Assembly (NCBI GenBank): GCA_000091205.1
Contig: AP006493.2
DNA: 64,000 bases
Origin: Cyanidioschyzon merolae
Taxonomy: Eukaryota
Direction: 5' to 3' (one strand)
Shown: positions 9,926-20,283 of the stretch, piece by piece
Position numbering within the stretch: the stretch's first letter is position 1
Layout: the number at the start of each line of letters is the position of its first letter
The notes under the pieces: generated by a model
Database searches by the model: none
What the model was told of the DNA's origin: nothing
The model's input: only the letters and a program-made list of their open reading frames with translations
Translations under genes and position numbers: made by a program

Positions 9926-10729
9926 ATGTCACCACAGGATACTTGCTGTCCGCCTGATAGCTGGCCCGCGCTCAAGGTCGACTACAAACCAAAGGGTAAG
10001 CTAGAGGATATCGGGAAAGGCCTGAAGGCGTACGTCGTTGGCAACGGGCCGCGAGCGGTTATCGCACTGAACGATGTATTCGGGATTGAAAGTGGACATT
10101 CAAAGGAAATTTGTGATGCAATTGCGGACAAGGGTTTCACTGTGGTCTTCCCGGACGTATTTCGGGGGAAACCGCTGCAAGTCAGCGATATGAGCAAGCT
10201 ATTCGACGAGCTCCCTGGCTGGGCGAAGCAGTTCGACTACGAGCCGGCTTTGCGTAAGGATGTGGTCGAGGTTATCTTGCCTTATCTCCACGATAAGCTT
10301 GGGTTCAAGAGCAACGACCAGATCGCGCTCGCAGGGTTTTGCTGGGGCGCGTTCATGTTATTCCACCTGGCAGGCGATACGAAGCTTCCCGGTGGGCCGT
10401 TTGCCTGCGGTGTCTCGTTCCATCCCAGTGTCCAGATTGAGGGCGTCTTTCAGCGGGATCCGCTGCAATTGATCGATCGGGCAACTTGCCCGCAGCTTCT
10501 GCTTCCCTCTGCAGGCGAGCCAGATTATATGAAGGAGGAAGGGGACGCGATCAAGAAGCTTCGAGCGAAGCCTTTCGGAGCTAGCTGCGGGGTGAAGACT
10601 TTCCCGAGCATGCAGCACGGCTGGGTGAACCGTGGAGACCGGAATGATCCGCAGGTTGTGAAGGAGGCTCAGGAAGCCCTTCAACTTGCAGTTGATTTCA
10701 TGATGCGACACACGAAGCCGAAAGCATGA
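9926..10729 (+). CDS. dienelactone hydrolase family protein (carboxymethylenebutenolidase-like alpha/beta hydrolase)
   Basis: 267-aa ORF with the characteristic layout of the dienelactone-hydrolase family: an N-terminal CCPP…KVDY…GK…Y.VG region, then VI…DVFG and PDVF.G.P. The stop codon is TGA. Confidence 0.7.
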   Translation: MSPQDTCCPPDSWPALKVDYKPKGKLEDIGKGLKAYVVGNGPRAVIALNDVFGIESGHSKEICDAIADKGFTVVFPDVFRGKPLQVSDMSKLFDELPGWAKQFDYEPALRKDVVEVILPYLHDKLGFKSNDQIALAGFCWGAFMLFHLAGDTKLPGGPFACGVSFHPSVQIEGVFQRDPLQLIDRATCPQLLLPSAGEPDYMKEEGDAIKKLRAKPFGASCGVKTFPSMQHGWVNRGDRNDPQVVKEAQEALQLAVDFMMRHTKPKA

Positions 10730-11456
10730 GCTAGAAACACACGACGTATGAGCGGCTTCGTCGTGGGCCAACTGCATGAGCTGGATGACGACTTTGCAGA
10801 TGCAAATTGAGTCTCTCTCTCTATAGGACCTGTATTTGCCACGGTGTAAAGGACAGTTGCATGAAATCTCGAGTCGCACCGATAAGCACATCGCAAATCC
10901 ATTCGGTTTCTTGGGATGTAGCGTTGTTCAGACGGTCCAGGGAGCCTCGGAAGCGCGACGGAACTCGCTATCCTGGCGAGCATCCATCATGCCGCATCGG
11001 ATTCTCCGAGTTCCACGAGGCCCAGCCCAGACTTCCCTTCGGAGATAATGGTCCGTTCATGCGATTCACAGGCTGCAGAGCCTGTCGTGAGCGCCCGAAA
11101 CGACGCCCGTTGCGTCAATATGATCGTTGTACGGATAGAGAGTGACTTTGCCGTACCCTGGTGGGCGTCGGCTCGATGAATCCACCTGTTGCGGATGCAC
11201 TGTCGATCGATAGGCACTTGGCCAGTCATTCGATCTGGAGCGTCCCGTAGGCGTTGCATACAGGCTTCGTACTCGCGTGCAGTGCACTTGATCCGCAACC
11301 GTCTCCATCCGAGTGCAGGGGCCTGCACATGTGGTCTGGTACCGAATTGCAGAGCGCCTTCAAGAACGCATATTATAAAAGGCGCTGGTAGAGGCGCAGG
11401 CTCTTCGCTTTCTGCGATAAAACATAAGCACTCTACTGGTCTACTAGAGACAGCGT

Positions 11457-12737
11457 TTGAACGTCTACGCACTCGGAAGAGGCGCAACGTTGCTGGATAC
11501 GAGCGTATACGTGATGGTCCACCTTTACAGTGTGGTGCGGGACACGCTGCCTTTGAAGGCGTTCGACGAAAGTAGCAAAGGTGTTGCCTTCGCTCTGGCT
11601 CTGCTGGGTTTCGCTATCGTCGCGTGCTCTTTGCTCTACTGGATCTGGTTTTGGCGGTTACAGCGGTACTATGAGGACGCTGCTCGTGCATACTTGATTC
11701 GAGCCAACGCCGAGGGCAAGCTGGGAGCAACGCACCTGCGCCGCCAGAGCCTGCGGCTCCTCAGCTACAACGTTTTCGTGCGACCCCCCGGCATATCGGC
11801 TCGAGGTAACGATTTCAAGGATGAGCGTCTCGCCCGCTTGCTTGCGCAGCTTGTTCGCCTCGACGTGGATGTCGTTGCGCTGCAGGAGCTCTTCCGCTTT
11901 GGTTCGCCTCGACAGCGAGCGTTCGTCTGGGCGGCGTGTCGTCTCGGCGGCTACCGGTACAGCGCAGCCCTGCCGTATCCACCACGAGGCTGGCACTGGC
12001 CTCCGCGAATACTGGACGGAGGCGTGACTGTCCTCAGCCGGCTGCCAGTGGAACGAGTCGCGTTCACGACGTATCGCTCGGCCCACTGGCATTATATCGA
12101 TTGTCTGGTAGCAAAGGGCGTGCTTTGTGTCCATCTTCGAATGCCGTTTCATGAACCTAGTACCGGGGCAGTGCATCCCGGAAAAGTAGCACTATTCGCG
12201 ACGCACGCACAAGCAGGAAACGCATCATATCCAGGCATCCGTGTGATTCGGCGGAAACAACTCCAACAACTCGCAAGGTTCGTTCAGGAGGAGGCCGGAG
12301 AAGGCATATTACCCGCGATCATCTGCGGTGATTTGAACCTGAACGGCATGGATGGTGATCTAGCGGATCGAGACTCGTCGGAGTACACCGAGATGATGTC
12401 CATCCTGAATGGCGATGCCGATGCGTCAGCGAAACCGGTACGTGTTTTTCGATTTCGCGACCTGGTAAAAGAGGCCAATGATCATCGCCATCCTGTGACT
12501 GTAGATGCGGTTACCGCAGAGGGAACACCTCGAGAGCCTCTTCTGATACCAGCAAAAGCGCGGAAACAGCCGAAACGACTTGATTATATTCTGTGTGACC
12601 CAGGGCCGAGAGTGAGCTGTCGCGTGCTGGCGGCCCGAGTCGAGCCGTTTATCCTGGATTCCTGGGATACAGCGCCGTTTCGACAATTGTCCGATCATGA
12701 TGCGATTTTCGTGGAAATGGAATTCACCGAATCGTAG
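11457..12737 (+). CDS. endonuclease/exonuclease/phosphatase-family phosphodiesterase, neutral sphingomyelinase-like, with an N-terminal transmembrane segment
   Basis: LRLLSYNVF near the start of the catalytic domain, ICGDLNLNG, and a C-terminal SDHDAIFVEMEF (the SDH motif of neutral sphingomyelinases and ISC1). A hydrophobic segment VAFALALLGFAIVACSLLYWIWFW is present. The start codon is uncertain. The stop codon is TAG. Confidence 0.65.
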   Translation: MNVYALGRGATLLDTSVYVMVHLYSVVRDTLPLKAFDESSKGVAFALALLGFAIVACSLLYWIWFWRLQRYYEDAARAYLIRANAEGKLGATHLRRQSLRLLSYNVFVRPPGISARGNDFKDERLARLLAQLVRLDVDVVALQELFRFGSPRQRAFVWAACRLGGYRYSAALPYPPRGWHWPPRILDGGVTVLSRLPVERVAFTTYRSAHWHYIDCLVAKGVLCVHLRMPFHEPSTGAVHPGKVALFATHAQAGNASYPGIRVIRRKQLQQLARFVQEEAGEGILPAIICGDLNLNGMDGDLADRDSSEYTEMMSILNGDADASAKPVRVFRFRDLVKEANDHRHPVTVDAVTAEGTPREPLLIPAKARKQPKRLDYILCDPGPRVSCRVLAARVEPFILDSWDTAPFRQLSDHDAIFVEMEFTES

Positions 12738-15700
12738 AAGCGTCTGGTTGAAAGCAGCGCCTCTGTCGTGCGGCGTCTGGCCGGTCGGTACGAACTTGTT
12801 TCGTTACATGCCACCGGCCTCTGAAAGAAACGCTAATGCATGTCGTGAATGCTCCGAGCCCGACTATATTTGTTGCGTTTCGCATGAGGTTGCATGATTC
12901 TTCCCTGCGGGCCGGCTTCGGTGGCATCATTTCCTTTTGCGGAACGCAGACCTGCGGTGATCTGAACAGCAATCTCGGGACGAACTGTACCATTGCTTGC
13001 ATTCATTTTTTCTCACAGGTATTGGACGACTGGAGTATATCGTGTAGATAGGAGAAAGGTTGCAGAATGGATTTATGCTTGAAGCGCTAGCCCGCGAACA
13101 ACGGTCTACTTGACCACTTCAGGTTTTCTACAGTCCACAGTTAGATGGACTGTCATTCTCGAGGTCGGTATTCTGAACGTCGCGCTCCCGAAACACAACA
13201 TGACAAATGCTGTCTGCACCTACGACTGGCTCCTCGCTGATCACTTCCATGCCACATGTCCTCTAAGAAATACTGCCGAATAAGCTAAAGGATGTGTTGG
13301 GCGCGTGCCACTCTTACGAACAGTGATGAAGAGACGCGGATGGACAACTGAACAAGCATGCTTGTATGGCAGACTGTCGCGCATTGCGCAACACACTACC
13401 GAATCGAAGTGAAGCACGAAAGCGTATGATAGTTGGGGCAAAAGTTCGTCTCATTGTATGAGACTTGATTCGGTCAACATGCTCGCCCTGTATATATGTG
13501 CCCAAAGGGGCAAACCGCTGTTCTTACAGAAGAAACATGCGAGGATGACCACAACATCAGCGCTAGCGGCGATGCTGTCGATTAATCGCCTACTTACCGG
13601 CAAACGCACAGGATCGTTCAACATTTCATCCGTCACCGCAGCATACCTTGGTTTCTTTTTCGTGCTTTCCTGAATACTGCTCGTAGGAAACGCCGCTGTC
13701 CATCATGGAACACAAGTCAAGTCGTACGCGACTGAGATTATTGACGTTGTGCTACTCGTCGTGACAGTCTATTTTCGCTCGTTCAATCGCGTCGAAGTTG
13801 TATATTTGGTCGTCAAAAACCATTTTTTACCCTGTAAGTTCAAGAATAGAGTCGTTTCCATCCCCACGGCACCAAATTTCTGTGCCATATCCTCCACTGA
13901 CGTCTCGCTGCCTACCGTAACCAGCTCCGAACTGCGGTCGTGCTTCTCTGCTAGTGCGCTGGACAGATCAAAGACGCTCGCTTCGGTCTATGGGCGTGCT
14001 CGGGACGGAGCAGTTGAATACAAGGTCCCTGATGAGCAGTAGATACATTCATCGAGAATGCGAGCTTCCGAGCCACCGTCCACCCCATGCTTCTGAATCT
14101 CAAGAAAAAATTGTCTGTAGCGTGTAGCGACCAAACTTATGCCACGCTACCAAGAAAACGAGAATGGAAAGATTCCAACAGACAACGAAGTGCAATATGC
14201 TTTCGAAAAGGGACGGCAACGTACATGAAGAAAAGCCTGTTGGGGCGGAAGGATTTGCCGCAAGCAGTTGCCACGAAATTCGTTCTATCACACATCTGCC
14301 AGGAGAATCTACGAAAAATTGAGGCACGTGACACCATGAAGAATCGCCAGGCTGCTCACTCGTACAAAGCTCGTCTGGCTTTTCTAGCTCTAACGCACCA
14401 CGTAAAGCAAGTATACATAGGAGTTCTGGGCGCAAGGCTACTACTTAGCCGCATTTCTCCGGAATTATTTGAGAAAACGTTCATGCGATGATACAGCAGA
14501 TGCATGGAACAGAGGATGCAAGACAACCTGATCGTAAGATACGAAATGTGCACACCTAAGCTTCCCAGCATACCGTGACACGTTGCCAGGCAGCGTCGGC
14601 GATCGCTGCGATGCCTGCCATCCGAGTCCAGGACTCTATTCCGTGTAAAGAGCAGAGACGTGAGCGTCGAGCAGCATATCGTATGAGAAATATATCATGC
14701 TGCCGTCGAATGCCGTTTCGCTGATAGCCGGAGCGATCGGTGGTGGAAACGTCTTTCGAACGGAATCCATCATTGAATGGTAGAAGTTCTGGGAACTTTC
14801 CTAATGGGTTCGCGAGCAAGTCCTCAAGAGACGACGTTGGGCATTTTTCCTCGTCAGTCCAGCGGTCTGCGTCGCTTCGCCCACAACTTGCGACCGAAAG
14901 ACCGAAAAATGAAGCATGCGAGGTTTGAGCATGCTACCTGTAAGGGAACGAGAAGATTCCAGACTCGTGCGTATGCAGTGGATAATAGTATCGGTGCAAT
15001 GACCAACCCGTGTTCGAAGGCGTCGCGAATCATCTTGATGACGATGACGCAGCAAAGTCCAGCGGTACAGTGTCGAACGAGCCACTCCCTAGAGACTTCG
15101 GAGATTCCTGAAATCCGCATATACATTCGTAAGCTCTTGTTGCTGTGCTTCGCATACCCATGCCGCACAGCTATACAAGTTCGGAGACTATCGAAAAGCA
15201 GGAACATATCGGGTAATTGAGCGTTCCACTCTAATCCGACACACTTGCAGCGCACCTAGCTACAGGAACGCTTTTCCACCACAACAGCGGCGATGTTTGT
15301 ACGAAACCTGCACTCGTCTGCGATCCAGGAGCGACACCGAAATCGTGCGCTCGGAGCAAGGCCTCGGAGGAGAATCATCCCTGCCAGAGATCCGTGACGC
15401 TGCTCCCTACCGAACAAGACGTAGCAGTTCGCGTCATGTCCGGAATGCTGTAGCAAGTATCGCGATGATCGCTTCCTACGGTTTGTTGCAGTGCATTCAG
15501 GTTCAAGGAGGCTCAGCACGCATCCTCAAGGTTCACTTCAAGCGTGCATGTTCCATGTCATCGTATGTGAGGCAACGCTCAGTACGCAGCCGAAAGCTCA
15601 AGAACAGCCATCCAAGCAGGCATTGCTCAACGGGCGACAACAGACTCCAATGCATTTCACGGGGTTCCGTTCTTGGACGCTTCGGTGCAGGGATATGGAC

Positions 15701-16181
15701 GCAGTCAAGGCTAACGCAACACCTGTCATCTGTCGGACTCGATGCCGTCACCGTAGAGCTCACAGCCTCTGTTCTCATGGCGCAACCAATGAGCGCGACC
15801 GCTCTGGGCCAGTAGACGTGAAAACGCTCCTGAGAAGCGCAGGATCTGCGGATGAAGTCATTGATGAATCATACACGCCGTATCAACCATGGTTTGCGAT
15901 AGTGTCGTTTGCCGTGAGGTCACCATGACATGAAGTGTCTTCTCACTGCGTTTATGTGAGCGAACAAACTGTTCGAGTGCTTCATCCTTGCGGTAGTCGC
16001 AGCCGGCTCCAAGATACCTGCAGAGCGACCTCCATCCGTTACGTGCTTGTGCGCGCTGTGATTCTCAGCGCAAAAACACCATCGACAAGAAAGCCACCTC
16101 AGTCAGTTCGAAGGAAACGATACGGAACGCTCGGCGACGCAGAACTCGTTCCGTGCCCGGCATGCGGAACGCATCCGCTGA

Positions 16182-17555
16182 TCAACGTGTTGGCTGGGCT
16201 CCAGCCGGTTCTGTGATGCGGGATGGAGTGTGCCGTTCGGGCGGCACTTGAATGCGCTCCAATCCAGCGAGAAACGGTCGAAGCACTTGCGGAATCGTAA
16301 CCGAACCGTCTTTTTCCTGAAAGTTTTCCAGAATAGACACAATCATCCGAGGCACTGCGCAGGCAGTCGCGTTGAGTGTATGCACGAAGCGCAGTTTTTC
16401 CGAAACCTGCTCTCTGTATCGGATATTCAGACGCCGGGCCTGGTAGTCGGTGCAGTTGCTTGCACTGCTGATTTCGCCAAAGGCGTTGCGACCCGGCATC
16501 CAGGCCTCAATATCAAATTTGCGATAGGCCGGGTTTCCCAGTTCCCGAGTCGGCATGTCGAGCACCCGATAATGGAGACCAAGTGCATCGAAAAGCTCCT
16601 CCTCGATAGATCGAAGCTCCTGATGAACTCGATCGCTTTCCTCTGGTCTTGAAAGCACGAACATTTCCACTTTGGTGAATTGATGGACTCGATACAGACC
16701 GCGCGTCTCGGTGCCGGCAGCACCGGCTTCACGACGGAAACAGTGACTGACGGCTGCCATCTTGATCGGAAGCTGCGTCTCGTCGAGTATCTCGTTCGCA
16801 TAATATCCCCCAAGCGGTATTTCCGCTGTGCCCGCCAGGCATAACGAGGTATCTGCCACCGAATATACTTGAGACGCTTCGCCGCGGGGCTGGAATCCGC
16901 AACCCCAAACCGTTTCCTCGCGCACAAGGTCGGGTGCGATCAGAGGTATGAAACCGTGCTTACCGGTAAGGTGCTGCATTGCCCAGTTCACCAACGCCAG
17001 CTCGAGCATTGCCCCTGCATTGCGAAGAAAATAGAAGCGCGCCCCAGCTACTTTGGCGGCGGCCTCGAAATCCACTATATCAAGTCGCTGCGCCAACTCC
17101 ACATGGTCTTTCGGCGAAAAGTCTGTAAAATCACGAGGCTTGCCCGCCATTCTCAAGAGTCGGGCTTGATCCTCGCCGCCTACAGGAGCATCAGGATGGG
17201 TCCGGTTGGGTATCCGTACTGCTTCTGCATAGAGTTGTTGCTCGGTCTCGGCAAGTTCAGCCTCAAGCGCAGTCACTCGCTCTTTCAACTGCTTACCAAG
17301 TGCGATACACTCGGAGCGCTCCTCAGGCGAGAGCTTCTGCATATTCTTCATGCGGGCTGCCACCTCGTTGCGCTGTTTTCGGACTAGATCCACCTCCGCC
17401 GTAAGCGCGCAGAAACGCTCATACAGCTGCACTACAAGGGTGGCGTTGACGTCGACTCCGCGCCGCTGGATATTCTCCTGGACCTGCGCCAAGTGATCTC
17501 GTACGTACCGAAGGTCGACCGGTGGCGGCGTGCCAGACACTCGCGTCAGCATCAT
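16182..17555 (-). CDS. SARS: seryl-tRNA synthetase (class II)
   Basis: Class-II motifs and core are clear (…FIPLIAPDLVREETVWGCGFQP…, CFRREAGAAGTETRGLYRVHQFTKVEMFVL). The listed ORF extends upstream to 17822, but homology begins at MMLTRV…, so I placed the start at 17555. An upstream organellar presequence cannot be excluded. Confidence 0.85.
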   Translation of the reverse strand: MMLTRVSGTPPPVDLRYVRDHLAQVQENIQRRGVDVNATLVVQLYERFCALTAEVDLVRKQRNEVAARMKNMQKLSPEERSECIALGKQLKERVTALEAELAETEQQLYAEAVRIPNRTHPDAPVGGEDQARLLRMAGKPRDFTDFSPKDHVELAQRLDIVDFEAAAKVAGARFYFLRNAGAMLELALVNWAMQHLTGKHGFIPLIAPDLVREETVWGCGFQPRGEASQVYSVADTSLCLAGTAEIPLGGYYANEILDETQLPIKMAAVSHCFRREAGAAGTETRGLYRVHQFTKVEMFVLSRPEESDRVHQELRSIEEELFDALGLHYRVLDMPTRELGNPAYRKFDIEAWMPGRNAFGEISSASNCTDYQARRLNIRYREQVSEKLRFVHTLNATACAVPRMIVSILENFQEKDGSVTIPQVLRPFLAGLERIQVPPERHTPSRITEPAGAQPTR

Positions 17556-17820
17556 GTTTGTTGGAGTAGCGCAACGGCTATCAGAATGTCGACAACGAAA
17601 CGCACTGGGTCGGAAACTGGTGCCGTCACCGAGCCAGCCTCGCATTCGGTACGGACGCGTTGCCCGTGCCTCCGCAATGGACCCGGCAACTGCTGGATAG
17701 CCAGTACGAAGCACTCGCAACCAGTTCCCTGCTGATTGGATCCATCGCATTCTCTTTCTTAAACCTATCGAATGTACGAAGGAGGTGAGCGATCTTTCCT
17801 CGCCTCCACGAGCAGGTTCC

Positions 17821-17950
17821 ATGGCTCACCACCCAGCGCTACAGCTTCTGGTGCACTGCAACAGCTTCTGGTGCACTGCAACAGCTTCTGGTGCACTGCA
17901 ACAGCTTCTGGTGCACTTCAACAGCTTCTGGTGCACTTCAACAGCTTCTG
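17821..17950. repeat. 20-bp minisatellite (CAGCTTCTGGTGCACTGCAA)x6, with the last units diverged
   Basis: Direct reading. It lies in the 5' flank of the seryl-tRNA synthetase gene and about 235 bp beyond the right end of Fanzor copy 2. Confidence 0.9.
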
Positions 17951-18184
17951 GTGCGAAGCGCAAGCACGAAGGGCGCTTGTACTGAGCGTTCGCCGGCGAT
18001 GATCCGGGGCGCCGGCACGCCGCATGAAGAGGTGCTCGGGTGGATCGCGGGATACTGCACCTATGGCTGGAGTGGGGATCTGACGCCCGTGAAAGAAATT
18101 GGACCTGCATAACCACCCAGACGTTATAGATGAGGACAACGATACATGTTTGATGGCCATGGAGGGTGAATATGTATGTATTTA

Positions 18185-18385
18185 CGCGCAGAGGCCTCGC
18201 AGCCTTTTTTGACTGGCCGCCTTCGATCAGTTTCAGCTTCTCGTTGTATCCGATGAGCCTGAGAGGCTGCCCAACCAAGTCACATCGCGTCAGCTCTTGG
18301 GGTATCGTTTTCAGCACCGCACATAGCCTGATATTGAGTACAGCGTTAAAATCCCGGTTCACGAACATCTCGCGTTTATAGCCTC
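18185..18385 (-). ncRNA. candidate omega-RNA scaffold of copy 2; the putative guide is the flank below 18185 (minus-strand reading: taaatacatacatattcaccctcc…)
   Basis: Its reverse complement aligns with 9480-9676 and 55700-55896, and the conservation boundary falls at the same place. Confidence 0.3.
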
Positions 18386-19297
18386 TGTTAGAACGCGCCA
18401 TTGCAAAGAAAGCTGGAACTCGTGCCCTCATTGCCATTTGGTGCTCAGTCAGCTCTCTGTCATTTTCTATCGCACAAGCGATCCACTGGCGTGTCTCTAT
18501 GCCGGCCGTCTGAAGTGCATATGCCCGCTCGTCCCAGAGATTTTTTAATCTTTGAAAGCGGCCGCACTTGTACACACCCATAGGTGAGGAACTTCTCGGA
18601 AAGACAAGGATTTACGCAGGATAGACGAAAGATGCTTCGGTGCTACCGTGGTGGAAGCTTTTGCGATTCGCCCATCGGAGCTATTATGATATGTGTCATG
18701 ATAGAAAACGCTCCTTCTATAGATATGGACCTCGGAGCCTAAGGAGGAATGAAAAGCAGCTCTGTCCCCGATAGAATCAGCAAAAGCTCGAAAGAGAATG
18801 TTGAAAGGCCACGGTGTCCAATAGATGCACGTCGCAAGAAGTCAGAGAACAATCTTCCATGATTCGACGAGTTGGGAGCTAATGTATACGCCCTCTCTAC
18901 GAGAGAAACTGAGGCCGACAAATGCATCTACCAAAGTTCGAACAGATGATGATGTCGGTGCTCTCTTCGAGTTCGTTGTACGTACAAAGAACTCCGTCTC
19001 TGCGAATACCCGTATACGCTTCGACCGTCTCATCCGAGGAAAGTATGATCGACTGAAAAAAAACAACCGACGTTCCTGTGCTTCATGCAGATCGCAACGT
19101 TCCAGGAACACTAGAGTTGCGATTTCGATGGACCATGACCGGGTGTGAACCAGGACTCTTTTTATGCGACTGTATCCGAGTGCTTTCAGGGCTGCACGAA
19201 CAAGATCTTGAGAATCAGAAATGCCACTGCTGGCTATGATCATCGCTTTCGCTTTTCTTACGATGATCAACGGGTCGTTTTCTACCATTGACCGCAA
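18300..19297 (-). pseudogene. truncated and decayed Fanzor nuclease ORF of copy 2 (C-terminal RuvC-III portion plus an upstream segment shared with copy 3)
   Basis: ORF 18842..19297 (minus) has …VRAALKALGYSRIKRVLVHTRSWSIEIATLVFL…, matching …VRVALETLGHSYVKRVLVHAQSSSTEIGTLVFL… in copy 3. No RuvC-I motif is present. The listed ORF 17826..18581 reads through the element end into the minisatellite and is spurious beyond about 18185. Confidence 0.45.
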
Positions 19298-20283
19298 GCA
19301 CCTTCAAGAATATCAGAGTTTGTCCCAGAGAGCATATCCTTCCTTCTTTCAGTGTCCCTGTATCGTCAGAATACAATGGTATGCCTGACATGAAAGATGA
19401 ATGCAGTCCTGCGCTGCACTGCTCAGTAAAGAATATATATGTATCATACAGGCAATTCGACTAGGATCTAAACCGATACATCGCATTTTTTGTTTTCGAT
19501 CTCCTGCGACACACCAAATCGGGGATGAAACACTTTTGACTTGAAAGACGCTACGAGGCCTTGAGTTTTAAACTAGCGTGTTCTGCATACACATCAAAGA
19601 GCATTTCCCGATTTCTCATTTCTTGACGAAGGTTATCGCGCCATGCATTCGTAGTATTCGACCCGCACTTGAAGTACCTACCGGTCAGGTTTGAAGTCCA
19701 ACGGATGCGACATACTGCGTCCCGACTTTGCTCTAGGCAAGCCTGAATGGGACCGGACTCGCTTCAGCGGCTCCCTTAAACAGCCTCTCGCATTCCAAAG
19801 GCCGGACTTGTTCCTTCGCTGAGGCGCTGGAACACATCTCCCGTACCGTGCAAACTTTAAAATGGAAAAAATGCTACGCTCCACGTCTTGCGACCCGAAA
19901 CTGCGTCGTCTCCGCAGTGCGTTGGGCAGGCGTTGCGCCCAGAGAGATGCACTGACTTTCGTTAAACTCCAGCCGCATCTCGAAAATACAAGAATCGATA
20001 CTCGCTGTGTCTGTCACTTGGTGGCAGTTTATGCGCCCAAGTAACGAGGAACCGACAACGATGCGGTTCACTGAGGTCTAACCTGCAAGCACCAACGCAC
20101 AGATCGAAAGCCGCATGTGCGGCAGTGCAAGGCCGGAGGCGCTTCAACCCTGCCCCAGCTGATACTTTTTGACGCCTTCATCACAGCGCATGAAACGCTG
20201 AGCTTGCCTTTATCGCACCTGGACGCTAAGAATGTCCTATTCCTCGAACAACTTCAAACAGCGCAGCGCTGGACCAGGAACGC

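Larger units (their letters stand above)
18185..19560 (-). mobile_element. TnpB/Fanzor-family element copy 2: an internally deleted derivative of about 1.4 kb on the minus strand (right end at 18185, left end about 19530-19600)
   Basis: It retains the RuvC-III coding (KREMFVNRDFNAVLNIRLCAVL) and the conserved 3' block. It is collinear with copy 3 over its whole length, including about 150 bp of shared 5' sequence (the rc of 19320-19530 matches 54490-54700). Confidence 0.5.

Noticed and set aside
17821-17950. CRISPR-like array
   Set aside because: The units are perfect tandem 20-mers with no spacers, and the context is eukaryotic. This is a minisatellite.
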